Source: Takakia lepidozioides
Lineage: Eukaryota > Plantae > Bryophyta
Assembly (NCBI GenBank): GCA_030704615.1
Contig: CM060733.1
Coordinates: 29,698,001-29,762,000 of the forward strand
Reading direction: 5' to 3'
DNA: 64,000 bases
Made by a program: the position numbers and the translations under genes
The notes under the pieces: generated by a model
Told to the model about the DNA's origin: nothing
The model's input: the letters and a program-made list of their open reading frames with translations, nothing else
The model's database searches: none
Shown here: positions 51,263 through 64,000 of the stretch, piece after piece
Layout of the letters: each line of letters starts with the position of its first letter
Position numbering within the stretch: position 1 is the first letter of the stretch

Positions 51263-53461
51263 CTACACAAATTACTTCACTAAGTGCTATCACCCACCAT
51301 GAAAACTTGAAACATTAGAACAATGCAAACAACATAACCCACAGATCAAAAATAAAATTGTTCATCCACATCAATTACAATCAAATACTTATGAGGATGT
51401 ATGTACAACGAATTTGAGTTGGGTGACATAAATTAGCCCGAAAATCTTGGCCGGGATTTTCGAAATTAAAATATTTTTAAGGACAAAAATTAAAAAAATT
51501 ACGCGAACCATTTACTCTGGCATAGGCTTGACGAACTGCATAGGCAAGTACGGTACTCTCACTTGAGGTTGTTGATGGTGCCAGAACAGCGTACGATATT
51601 GATAAATAGTTATTATATTGCATAGGAAAAGGATTGCGACTTATTTGGCGCAATCTGCAAGTACTAAGCCTCATGCTTTTGTCCCACGTTGACGCCATTG
51701 TATCGAAATGAACAACGTCTTTGGGCCCAGCTGACTTGGATATTCTTGTAAAGTGGAACCCTCAAAAAAAAGAGAGCCGGCCAACACGACCCACATGATC
51801 ACAATCCAACTCTTTGCACGTTTTTAATTTAATGTGCACAAGGTGTGCTCACAATTTTGAATTACACAATAACCTATTTATTGCCCCCTTTTGATGCTCA
51901 GCACAGATACTAGAAGTTTTGAATTACTTCAATCAGGAACATTTCATCCATAATGTAAATGAATGAAACCCCTGGATGAATAATTTTATTCATGTTGACA
52001 TGTTGTGCTGAGTGTGCATGTATTTCATGCATTTATTTTATTTCAAAATAATTCTCCAAATACATATCCGTAGTATGATGGCAGTTACCATCGGAGCCTG
52101 CCACCATGTACCGCGAAACTTGTGCCATGTAATGCACCCAACTGCACGCATTAAGACTGTCCTCATGTTCACCATCATCGCTTGTACTATATGTACCCTC
52201 ACCGGGCGGACCGGGCTGGGCCGCCGGGCGGAAATGCGGGCTGCACGGCACCGTTGACAAGGAAGTGCCCGCAATAAAGTACCTAAAGCCAGTTCACATG
52301 TCGACGTGGCCCCACGCCTTCTACACGTCAACCCGGCCGCTGCCGCGGGCCATCCCTTTGCTTCTGCTTCGGCCGACCCGACGAAGGCGTGGGTTGCGAT
52401 CTGTGGACCGGTGGCACGCGTCTGCATTAGATATTCCTAACTACCCACTTATTTACTGAATAATTTTTCGCGAGGTAATTCAAAATAGATTATCATTTGG
52501 AGATGAATGACGTCCATCGGTGGTCCCTCCTGTGGATGCAACTAGTGGCGTTATGGATGAAAAATGATGCGCAAGGCGACGATAGTGGGGTGGACAAGGG
52601 TCGGTAATGCGGGTAAGAAAGAGTAATAAGTGGAATGACGGGCGGTGACGCCCGGCCCGCGATTGTCCCCGTTCTCATCGCGCCAGTGTGCGTGCTGCTG
52701 CCATAGCTGGCCTGATCGAGCGTTGGGATTGCATTGCTTGCAAGCAGATTCATGCAAATCAAGGATTACGGAGTTTGTAGAGGGAGTTTGCTTGATCTGG
52801 ATTGGAGATGCTTCCTTCTCTCGGCTTGTGTGGGCCTGTCAAGGGTGTTACCATCGGCCATAGCTAAGCTTTGCGAGCTTTCTTGGACATTCAAATATTT
52901 GCATGCAATTAAGGCTCAAGGAACTTTGAAAAGAATTTGATCCTTTTCCTCTCGCGGTACTTTCTGCTCATGCTTGTGTGCGTCTTCGGTGATCGTCGTT
53001 GCGTACTCGAGGTTTTGGATTTAGAGGAACGCGTTCTTCAAAGGGACTTTTGCTCTTGCACTCCTTGTTTCTCTTCCTCGTGTTTGCTACTGGAGGTTTC
53101 TCTCGATGTTCCTGTTTTGGAAGAAGTTCTTATAATACATGGGTGTGTTACAGCAAGCGGTACAGCTGCGGCCAGGGTGGACATGCAGCTCACAGGGGCT
53201 TAACATCCGGAATGTCTGAACGTGGAGGAGAGGAGGAGAAAGATGCATCATGAGTAGGAGTGGATAGCGGCAGTGGATAGCAGGCCGTGGTAAAAGCTTT
53301 CAGGAACAGAATATACAGACAGAGACATAGAACAGGCGGGCTTGTATAGGACTAGCAGGTAGTGCAGATTGAAACGCACGCACCCCTACCAGATGACCGA
53401 TTTGGTGACGAATGTGTAAGCTTTAATTGACAAAGCGGACTTAAGCTAGGTGGGCCACGTC

Positions 53462-55308
53462 ATGGCGGCTCAAACACAGGCCAATGGGAAGAAGCGAGCT
53501 CCTACGGGTTGGAAACTGAGAATGCCGTGGGGACAGAGTGGAGACTCACAGCACAATCAATCAATTTCAGTTACAGGACAACAGAATGGGGATGCCTCAG
53601 GGTCTCGTTCCTCAATGTCGTCCATAGCAAAAGCCTTTCTTCTAAACCGCCGACAACTGCGTCTGGATCCCGACAAGAGCTTGCATTTCCTCTGTAAGTT
53701 CCATATCATCTTTCTATTTTAGTTTTTCTTTTCCGCAGAGCTTGTTTACCGACCTGGCATCACGTATAGCGATGCCAAAGAGGTTGCTCATTTGCGGAAC
53801 CTGTCCGCAGAGGACGGTTTGCTCCAAAAATTTGGGGAGCACAGGTTCTCTATAACTTACAGCTTGCTTATCTCTGGTGTGTATAATAATCATTCAATAG
53901 TAAATAATAGACCTCTTGCTCACAATTACAAAGAGACTGATATCATAAATCCCAAAGTGTAAGCTTAGGCAGAGGTCTCTGTTAGCTGCGTACTATTAGC
54001 ATCTGTGTGAAGGTCCACACAGACACTTTCCAGCAACCATCAACCAATCATGGCCAGCATGTTGATAACAATGCTGGGAGGAGGATTTTCAACTTTCAAA
54101 TGTATTGGAGGTCCCTTGAATTGTGTTTTTTTGGGGGGGCGGTGGTGGTGGGGAGGTCGGTCCTCTTAGTCTGTGTGACCGGTTCTCCAAAACATGATGC
54201 CTGAGGTGAGAGTTGAAGGATCATGCCCTCTGGTGGTTGGCTAAGATCAAATCGGTGAAGTGCAAGCAAACTCTCCTTGAAGCCTGTCTTATGGACTTCT
54301 GATGGCACAATGTCTCAGAACTAACAGATTTTGTTCTCAATGTGGCCCCAGATGAACCAGGAAAGCAAGTGTCGAGTGCAATCAAAATAAAAAATGTCAG
54401 CCACTCACATGTAGCCTTCAAAGTAAGTGAGTGTATGTATTCATTTTCCATCGTTTTTCGCATATTTGAGGAGCAGAAGGGATTCAGAGGAAAGATTGCT
54501 AATTCTCTTAGGTTAATGTTTACCAGTCTAATCTCTACCGATCGTATTGAATATTGGACACGAGGATTTAGTCTCTGTACTGTGCTTGATCTAACAGAAA
54601 TGTGGTAATATTCACTTGCAGTTTCAAACAACAGCCCCCAAGAGCTGCTTTATGCGCCCTCCAAGTGGTGTTCTGTCGCCAAATGGTTCCATCATTGCAA
54701 CTGGTATGTAGGATTTAGATTCTCACAAAGCATGCTTTTTGTTGGTCAGTAGAAATCAAACAGGCATTCACTATCAGACACAGTCCTCCATGTCCATGCA
54801 ATGAGATTGATGGGATGGTTATGTCTCAAGCACTCCATGCTGTTTGGAGTTTTACAATTAGGATAGAAGGGTCTTTAGATCTCTTTTTAAATGGTCACTA
54901 TGATATGGATGCAACGTGTAATCTACTTATAAGATGGCTTGCCATTGTGAAAGGCAAGGCTCTTATTCCCTCCCTTGGTACCTGGGTGATATAGGTTTGA
55001 TGGCTCTATTTGCGTATTGTCTCATGTTTCTTCAAAAAGTATTATGAAAATATGTCTGCTTTTGAGAGAGCGTTGACCAACTAGTTAAGAGGTAATTTCT
55101 GTTGTAAGATCTTGACAAATGTGCTTGGCAGTTGTTAAATTTGTGGAACAGACAGAGCGACCATGGGAGAAGAAAACTAAGGACAAGTTCAAGATTGTCA
55201 GCTTGGCAGTGAATGAGGGTGTTGAATATACTCCAGAATTGGTAAGGAGAAAGAGAAACAATGGCTAAATGTCTCACTAACCAAAGAGGGAAAGGAGACC
55301 TGCAGGGG

Positions 55309-55340
<32 letters not shown>

Positions 55341-57208
55341 CTGGCCTTTACGCAGGTGCTTATGGAGAAATACAAAGCCAGTGCTCAAAACTGGGTGGAT
55401 ATGTTGAGTGTCGCACTTTGTTTAGGATGTTTTCAACTGACAAGGTTTTATGGAGGCTGTTGTATTCCCATGGTGATTTGTATGGATAGGAGGTCCAATG
55501 TCTTCACATTTCCAAGTATCTTCTGTGAAGTTTCAGCAATCTTAGCGTCTGTATTCGGCAAGAAATTGACTATCCCGTGGTGATGTTGTGGCCTTCATAA
55601 GTTTGAGGAGCAAAAAGAGGTGGTGGCTGTAGAGTGCATTCTGCGTGTCGTATTTATTGATCCTCAACGAGCCTCTCCCGTAAGTTGACCTTCCATGCAC
55701 TGGCCTTACTGCAAGTAAAACTACATAGAAAAGGTTCCGATGCCTTACTAAGGCACGTTCCAGCCTAGCAGCTTTTGATGCCATTGTAATGGTATATGGT
55801 CTTATGCTAACATCAGGACTTCTCAACATGTTACTTCTGTTTCTGTTACAAGGAGAGCTTGGGTTTGGAGAACCCAGCCTTGGTCGTCTTAAGCAGTTAA
55901 AGCCACAGCCAAGTTCTTCTGCCATCTTTTCACTTTCCACTGTCCAGCAATATTGTCTGCCATGCATATTCCACAGAGGCCCTTTCTGAATCGTTTTAAT
56001 TGTTCAAATCTTGATTCATGCATTTTGATATTGAATTGTGAATTAATGATAGTAGCCTGCAATTTGAGGGAGGGAGGGAGTGACTGCACAGTATTCTCAC
56101 TTAGGAGTAGTTTTTGAGCAATTCATCACAACAACGAAGTCTCACATGCCCATGTCATATGGGACACAGGAGGAACTGGAAAGGCTGCAGACGCGATTGG
56201 CAGAAGCTGAGGCAGCAGAAGGGGCCCAGAAGAAGCCACAGGAGGACAAGACACCCAAGGGTGCATTGGTGGTGGAGGGACTTGTGATTGATGAATGGGT
56301 TAGTGGCCCCTCATCCCTCTTCTCTGTTGCAGCTATCACCCTGTCTTTCCTCTGGAGGTTATTCAATTTCTCTGTTCTGTTGCTTGTACGCTTTATGGTT
56401 CGAACTATGGTTCCATATCTCCTTTGAAGTTTTGGCTGGATAAAGAGTGTCAGAGAGTTTCTGCTGATATGTATGTGTAAAGTGCATACTCAAATGAAGT
56501 GGAAACATCTTGAGTAGAGGAAGAGGATTAACACTGGCTATATACTATGACACCATCACAAACAGTACTAATTTCAGTACCATGAGACCATAAATTCCAC
56601 TAGTAACTGTCAGCTAGAGGGAACCTGAAACCTGGTATGAGCTTTAGAGGTTGACAGGAGTTTTTCATCCAGTCAGGGTTAATACTTGGACTCTATAGGA
56701 CTTTAGCATTACAACTTATAAGTGCATCTCTCCCTGCCTCCTCTGGTAAAGTGCATTGGAGGCCAGGATTGATTTTGAGTTGACTGAAAGTAAGAAAACT
56801 ATCATCTTGAGCAGACAAGTGATCACTTTCCACATGTTGTCAAGTACCCTAAGCCTGTATCAATTTCTGTTACATAGTTTGCAATCCTTTTACATGTATT
56901 CTGAATTGTGCTGAATGAGATGTTCAAGTAATAGATTCTATTTCAGAACGATATGCTGATAGCTGTACTACAGTGGTCAATGGTTGTGTCTTCCCATCAG
57001 GATGTGCAGTGCTTCTGTTGGGCCATGGATCTGGAAATACATGGTTTCCATTTACTGTTCTTTTATCTTCGTCTTGCTGTGCTACCTAGAAAGTCTCGTA
57101 ATGAGCAATGTATTATTTACGGAACATCATGGTGGGATTGCATTACAGAAGCAGCGCAGAGAAAATTATCTGGCACGCCAACAATCCGAAGGTGCAGAGT
57201 CTCTATGA
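53462..57208 (+). CDS. Vesicle-associated protein 4-like (PVA4/MAMI-type MSP-domain protein), 7 exons: 53462-53693, 54352-54422, 54622-54703, 55132-55241, 55602-55679, 56170-56298, 57149-57208; 253 aa
   Basis: RRQLRLDPDKSLHFLYEPGKQVSSAIKIKNVSHSHVAFKFQTTAPKSCFMRPPSGVL...KDKFKIVSLAV...ELFEEQKEVVAVECILRVVFIDP...GLVIDEWKQRRENYLARQQ; all introns GT-AG and in phase. Confidence 0.93.
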
Positions 57209-59306
57209 GGCCACGAAGAAGCTGATGTTACCTGTTATTTACTTCTTATTTAATGCATGAAAGGATGGTCCAATCGAAGTGGACATGGAAAATCATAAAT
57301 CCGTAAATCCAGGTTGCAGGCTGGTCACAACATGTGGAATGGTATTCTCTTAGGATCACTGTCTTCTATTGCAACTGTTTCAAAGCTGTGTCTTTTCTTG
57401 TGTATACCTACCTGGCCTAGTGAGGTCCTACTGTAGGTATTTCGCTCATGATATCAGTTGGAGTTGGTGGCTACAGGAGGATGTGTTTTTGTGTACAGCT
57501 ACTATTGAGTTTCACACTATTCTTTGTTTGCATATGTTGGGATTGTTGAGACATGTACATGATTTTTGCAGGAACAAAATCTACTCACTCTGTATTTGCT
57601 CCTGGTGGGCTGGCTAATTTATGCTTTTCATTGAGGAGGAAAGTTGGGGACGGATGCTCTATGTGGACAATGAATACGGTGTCGATTATATAGAGATCTC
57701 TGGTTTCAATTCTTTGTTTGGTTAATGGCAATGGTTGAGAGAATCAAATGTGTCATGTTTCATGACATATACTAGGTAAGATTGACATTGACTTGAAGTG
57801 GTCGCTGAAGAATTTAGCTGTCACTGTTACCCTCTCTCTGTCACCAGATTATGTCATGGCATTAGTAAATATTCTGTCTGTCAACCATTTGACGATAGAG
57901 TTTGCAGCTAACAACAATCAAGAATCTTCCTACAGAAAGATGACACCACGTGATGATCATATACATGGCGGAAGTGAAAACTGCAGTAACCTTTGGGAGT
58001 CACTGGGACTCTGCAGTGCGCAAAAAGGACCACATCAGTGCATGTATAGAGGGGTGGAGCAACCAATCCAGGTGTGACTGCCCTTGTCCATGACACATAA
58101 ATAGATTGTCTCTATCCACAGTCTGTGCAATCCTGGCTATTTTGCATTGCTAAAAGATGTCCCCATGTAGAGAGTGTTTCTCTTGGATGGACCTTCCTTT
58201 TTAACCCATTTGTAATTCATCAATCAAAAGTCAACTCACCAAACAGATGCAGCTGCCTTTGTAGTCAGTGGATGCACAAGGCCTGAAGAAAATAACTTAG
58301 GAAGTTAACATGTACAGGTACACTTTGATTTCGAAATCAAAGGTGATATATTTGCCCTTCCTTTCTCTTTCAGTGGTACAGAGTGGGTCGGGTCAAAGGT
58401 GACTAATAACTTCCCCTCCCCTTTGTTGATTCACTGGTAGAGGAAAGCCTCCACTGCAGATGATTACCTCCCATTTCCACTGGCTGTGACAAGAAGGGCT
58501 TCGTTGTGAACCAGTGTGCATCATTCACTCCTTGATCTCTATCATCAACATACCTACAGAGTCCAGCATCAGCAGATTCTCGTCCCAGAGAGGTTTCACT
58601 TAAATTGAAGGAATGCGATCAGCAAAAACATTGAACTGCAACAATCAAGACTTCCTCACAAGACATACAGTGACTGACCCATCACCTTTCAAATATAAGC
58701 AAACATATACAACCTTGCAGACATAAGTTACCCTGGACTTGGAAGGAATTTTGCATTGAACCACCATGGATTTTTAATGGACGCAGAATTTTTCTGGGCT
58801 AATCATAGGGGCTGTTCCGCGTACTTCGGGCCTGGCTCCATGGGCATCATCCATGTGTCCCAAATGAAGGCGCAGTTGCCAGTAGAGAGGCCTCGAGATA
58901 AGAGGCTTGAAAATAAGAACCACACCCCACTAAATGACAAGGATATTCTATGCACACACATATCATCCAGTTCCACCATGATTTCTTAAAATCAATGAAA
59001 CATTGTTCCCCTCCTCACATGAGAAGTTCCCTAACAGTCAAGGGATCTGTGTCACTGCCATGGGAGGATGAGGGCAACAACTCAAAACCATAAGAGGAGA
59101 GAAAACGGCAGATGGGTGGGAGACACTGCCATGCCCAGCGTCTGCATTCACACGACAAAGGCTCCCAAGATGGCTAAGTCCCTAGGGTGGCAGTCACCGA
59201 AAACCGCCATTTTTCCATTTCTAGGCCCACTCAGATCCGCCCCAACCTGGGAAAATGGTGCCGAATTTGCAGTTCAGGGACCTCATTGTGTTTTTCATGA
59301 ATGCAG

Positions 59307-61661
59307 GTACTGCAAGTTCTCCCTTTTGGAGAAAGGTCATCTGTCTTTCGAGCCACCATTCTTCCTGGCATGGAGGAACCCTGGGGCTGACTCCATGTAC
59401 ACTGACGATATTGTGAAGGAGTGGCATCTGGAACATTTGCGTGATTGCCCTTGGTATGTGGACCTTCCGCCCGGCATGCTCAACCCATCCGAGTTTCAAT
59501 TGAAGCTGGATGCTGAGGCCCGACGAAACCGAGCTCCGCTGCCTCCGCTGGGTGCAAAAGAGGCAAAAGCGCTTGCGAACTCCAGGAAAGCGGCAGAGCT
59601 TGCTCAGGCAGGAATTCAGGAGAAATTGAATGAGAAGAGTAAAGGCCAAAGGAAAATGACAAGGAAACAGGTGAGTGCAGTAACACCCAAAAAACAGAAA
59701 ACCATCGGGGCATCGGAGCAGGCGCAGGAGGGGACCCAAGAGAGTGACTCGGACGACGACTTTGTTCAAGGTCCTGCCACTGCTGTTGCTGCTACCCCCA
59801 GTCACCGGTCGTCCGGGTTCCCAAGTCAGTTCGGAGTGGGACTGGCTCTGCCAAGAAGTTGGCATTTGAGGGCGAGCCTACACGGCGGTATTCGGCGGTG
59901 ACGTTTACGCACAGGCCAAAGCTAGAACCTCCAACCATCATCCAATGCGTCAATGAGAGCTTCCTTGACGCTCTCGCTGCCAGGGCGAAGAAGGTGGCAC
60001 ACAGCAAGTCTCTGGCGGAGCAGAAGGGGAAAGCCAAGAAGAGCGTTGCCGGTACAGAGCCTAAAGACACCCCTGGTTTTGAAGCCATGATGGAATTCTT
60101 CACGGCTGTGAGCACGGATTGCAAGAGCACTCGGGGGGGGTTGAGGTGGAGAGAGCTTGCGACATGATTCTCCTCGACATTCCAGATGGGGAGCTGCTGG
60201 AGGGCCTGGATGGTGTGCCCACCTGGAACAGGTTTACTGAGGACTACTGGAAAGCCGGGTTTGGGCTGGCAGGGATGCTTCTGGATGACGGTGGATGTGT
60301 GGTTGTCCTTGCTACAAGAGGGAAGACCACAGAGAATGCGGTGGCAAGGTGGACACCGAAAAGTGTCACCCCGGTCCTCCTTAGAAAATGGTTCTGCATC
60401 AATACATAGGGGTTGCGAACAGAGGGCCAAAGTGTAAGTTATCAATCTATTGCATTCACCTCATTTTGTGGTGTATCTAAACAAGATCCCGGAGTTGATC
60501 CCTATTTTGTTGGATGTGCAGACATTGGTGTTTGAGGCATATTGCTTTGTGAAGAGAGGGTCTACGTTCAAATTCCGCAACGACGGTCGTCTTGTTGATG
60601 CCGCCTGGACCCTGTTACCTACGATGTCATCTACAACTATGTGCCCCACTCCAGTATGCCGAAGGACACAAAGACAGGCAAACCGTGGCGGTACAACCGG
60701 ACCCAGAACCCTGCTTTCATCCAAACCCTCATGGAGACGTGCTCGGATGTCCAAGGGCGGATTCTGGACCTCACATGCGGCACGGGTAAGCCTTCACGTG
60801 CTCAGTTTGTCCCCTGGCCCGATTGCAATTGCATGCCGCAAGCTATTAACCGTCCGCTTTGTTCCTCAGGTGCTTCAATGTGGGCAGGGACGTTGTCCAA
60901 CAGGCATGTGTTCGCCTTCGAGCCAGACACTGCCCTCCACAACTCGGAACTTGCAGTGGCTGAACGTCTGCCGAAAGAGGAAGAGGCATCCTCGGAGGAT
61001 GAGGAAAAATCCGAGAAGGAGCAGGGGGAGGAACAAGTTGGGATCGAGGCCGAGGAGCCCCCGGTGTATGAGTGAGTGGTCGCATTGTAAGTTGCCTCCA
61101 GATTTCGTGAGGCACCTCCCTTTGCTCTCTTATTTCATTGAAAACCCTTTCTGCTTCTGCAGGTATTGACATTCTTGAAGTGGATTTGTTCTTACTGTAG
61201 GATGCCAAGTATGGCAGGAGGGACATCTACACTGGAGTTCATGGGCAGGAGGAACGTGCCTTTTTTTGCCAGGGGGGATTTCATGCCTAGTCCAGAAAGG
61301 GACTACATCCTTCCTACTTATGCTACCCGGCTTGCTTCGGTGTCCATTAGGAGGTGTTCCGAACCTAGTCGTGTACAGCAGATTTTAGACGAGGCAAGCC
61401 TCAAGAAAAATGAAGATGAGGGAGGAGGCAGCAGCTATTAGAGCCCGTCGGGCTCGTAGATTTGTGTTGGATTCTGCTGAGGAAAGTGGGGGAGAAGAGG
61501 CAGAAGATTCCCAGGAGGTGAGGTGGACAGTCCCCCAAGGAGAGGACGGCATTTTTGAGAGGCATACTGCAACCGATGCATCACAGAGCTCGGAGGATGG
61601 GGGGGATGAGGGGGATGAGGAAGAAGGAGGGCCAAGTTCCTCAGAAGGTGTAGGAGAGTAG
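59307..61661 (+). pseudogene. Intron-containing beta-class amino DNA methyltransferase-like gene (N4C/N6A family), decayed
   Basis: Motif IV-like CDMILLDIPDG (60176), VPTWN, LLDDGG, GKPWR...FIQTLMETCS, motif I RILDLTCGTG|ASMWA...RHVFAFEPD (84-bp intron 60786-60869). Catalytic motif precedes the SAM motif. One TAG and several frameshifts. Confidence 0.7.
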
Positions 61662-61872
61662 TTCCCATTCCTACTATGACAGTTAGGACACACTTGTATA
61701 GACGTGGCTTGCCACCAAATTTGCAATAAAATGTTGCATTTCATTGCTATGACGAGTCCACATGACCCTATTTCCGTGCCTCCTAACCATATTTCCGTGG
61801 ACACAATTCGGCCCGCTCATGCTTTTTTTTTTTCCGCTCATGCTCATGCCGCTCATGAAATAGCAGCCCCCC

Positions 61873-62860
61873 CTCCTTGTGCTGGCAAGGCTTGTACCTC
61901 GTCCAATGGAAAATGAGGAACAAAAGTCTTTGCCTGCAAGTATGTGGCCAATAATTGTTCCTCAGGAACAAACTCCCTCTTGTCAATGTCAGAACTCAAT
62001 TCATCCACTTGAGTCTGAAGTCCGTTCACATCCTCCTGCAACTTAGCTATCGGACTATAGACAGTGTCTATAGTTCCTATGGCAATATTCTGCACCCGTT
62101 GCTGAGATCCTTCATCTCATCCTTAGTCAACTTCCTAGGTGTCTTTCCCTCCACTGGTCCTTCTGTCAACCACACCTGCAAGAGGGTCATCCACCAATTT
62201 CTGTGTAGAAATTCTGAGATCCTGCTCCTCCTTGAGCTTGTATGCTCCCAACTGTTGCTCCAACCATTCAATGCGCTGGTGATATGGTTCTTTCAAGGCT
62301 GCAAAGGCAGCCATCATGTTGTTGGCTTCCTTCCTCCCCTTCTCAGCCACTGAAATGTGTTTTTCAACACAACATTATTCTGCTAAAGGTGCAAAATCTT
62401 CTGTTCTGCTATTTCCTTGTGGAGCCTCAGCTCCTTGAGGGAAGCTTTGTGGCGAGTTATGGTATCCTTCATGCCAGAGATTAACTCGTTCTGGTGAACG
62501 ACCTCAGCTTTAGCCTCCGCCCACAGGTTGGCCTTCTCCCTAAGCTGTGCATCAACCCCTTTGTAGCTTAGCCTCATAGTCCATAGACTGCGTGGTAAGT
62601 TTTTGGTTAGCTGCTACTAACCCAACATTAACTACTTTATCTGATGCCAAAGCCCCCTCATGGCTGGTTTGCAACTGATATAGTTGCTGATTGTGAGCAC
62701 TTTGCAGCTGCTCCTGCTCAAGACCTGCCTTGATCATATCCTCTTTTGCAAGCTGTAGGGCAGCATTGGACTCCTCCAGGGTTTGCTGTAACTTGAGGCT
62801 TTCCTCAACATAAGTTCTCTTTTCATCACATAACTTAGAAGAATACCCTAGAATAGCCAT
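61873..62860 (-). pseudogene. Relic of a Gypsy accessory ORF homologous to ~27250-28150
   Basis: LEESNAALQLAKEDMIKAGLEQEQL, LQVWLTEGPVEGKTPRKLTKDEMKDL and LQEDVNGLQTQVDELSSDIDKREFVPEEQLLATYLQAKT align with the plus-strand copy. Confidence 0.85.
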
Positions 62861-63082
62861 ATTGACAACAAAGACATGCTCACGACTACAACAGTTGAAT
62901 ATAAAGGTGTCTGTGATTCTCATCATCAGCTTCTCTGCTCCCTTCTGAAGGCATTCACAGCAACATAGAATTTTCATCGTGGCGAGGAAAAAGTGACATG
63001 AAATAAAAGTTGAACAATTCATGAAAACTATGCCCATTTCCATAATTTTGCCTCCTATGTTTCAAAGGTGACAATTGCAATA

Positions 63083-63568
63083 TGTTGGAATATCACACCA
63101 TGGCTCTCAGTGATTCCTAATAATTCCTAATAATTATGCCCTTGTATTTCTCCGTTTCTTTCTATATCGATAGGTTCAGGCTTGACGGTGATGCGGTGGA
63201 GATAAGCCTCATTAGTATGAGTAGTGTGGGTAGTTAGTGAGGTTGACGGTGATGCCGCGGAGGAGATAAGCCCATTAGTGGAGGTAGTTGGTTAGGTAGA
63301 ACTACTCTCTGTATACATATCTGCTCTCCTGATGTGTGTTTTCTATCTTATGAACATACAAGAATTTCTCATGGTATCATAGCAGGAGTTACAGTATCTG
63401 TTGAGTGCTTAGGATCCATGGAGTTGGATCTGTAGGGAGGGTTGAACTTGTCTAGGACGAAGTTGCTAAGACTGTGAGACACTATGTCGATAGTACGATA
63501 GATTGTAGTCTAGGACGAGATTGCGTCTCAAAGGCTGGACTTACTCTCTGCTCTCTTATCTTCTTTTC

Positions 63569-63599
<31 letters not shown>

Positions 63600-64000
63600 T
63601 CACTTTTAAATACTACCTCTCTCCTTCTCCCTTAGGTGGTCTGAACAAGTAGTCATGACAGGTCTTGAAAATTCTTTCTCTGAGCAATACAAACTGGAAG
63701 GTGCTTCCAACTACGTCACATGGAAGTTTCGGATACAGAACATTTTAGAACGAGAGGATCTATGGGAGCATATTGAATCAGACTCTGAGGAAGATGAAGC
63801 TGATTCGACAAACTCAGTAGTCCTACCAGACCCAAGGGACGATGCTCTACTGCGACGACAGAGGAGAAAAGCGTTGTCTATCATAAAGGTGTCAGTGAAA
63901 GATCAGATCATCCCTTTCATTCTCAACGCCAAAACTCCAAAAGAATGTTGGACAACGCTTCAGAGGCAGTTCGAGGTGAAAAACAATGCGAAGCGATTAG
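63083..64000 (+). mobile_element. Ty1/Copia retrotransposon 5' end: LTR 63083-63371, PBS 63372, gag from 63655 (runs off the window)
   Basis: TGTTGG...TCA LTR, TGGTATCAtAGC initiator-Met PBS, KLEGASNYVTWKFRIQNILEREDLWEHI...KALSIIKVSVKDQII...AKTPKECWTTL. LTR limits are inferred from one copy. Confidence 0.88.

Noticed and set aside
58808-61871. ggggctg...cagcccc as TIRs around the methyltransferase-like gene
   Set aside because: Only 7 bp match and no TSD; the boundaries remain undefined.

Overview
Nuclear DNA of a land plant, probably seed-free (bryophyte or fern-like), judging from the PLS-DYW PPR genes, GT-AG introns and heavily nested transposons; the species cannot be determined. 0.8-10.6 kb: a tandem cluster of three PLS-class PPR paralogs. 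Two have complete E1-E2-DYW:PG deaminase domains and one is a 5' pseudogene fragment. All three carry N-terminal OSB-type PDF (ssDNA-binding) motifs, and a tRNA-Gly(UCC) gene lies between the two long paralogs. 12.5-38.2 kb: a 25.6-kb Mutator-like element with long TIRs, an 11-bp imperfect TSD, a decayed SWIM-DDE transposase, a convergent cargo gene ending in a Ulp1 protease domain, and dense CAGTCCGC-like motif arrays. A 13.2-kb non-chromovirus Ty3/Gypsy element (with a large accessory ORF broken by a 680-bp inversion) and a 1.6-kb CACTA element are nested inside it. 42-64 kb: a two-exon small heat-shock protein gene, an orphan HSE/TATA promoter abutting a 5'-truncated chromovirus, a palindromic repeat array, a pogo-like transposase relic, a 7-exon VAP4/MAMI-like MSP-domain gene, a decayed intron-containing beta-class amino (N4C/N6A) DNA methyltransferase-like gene, a Gypsy accessory-ORF relic and the 5' end of a Copia element. 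The most notable candidates are the PDF-PPR-DYW fusion family and the methyltransferase-like gene.
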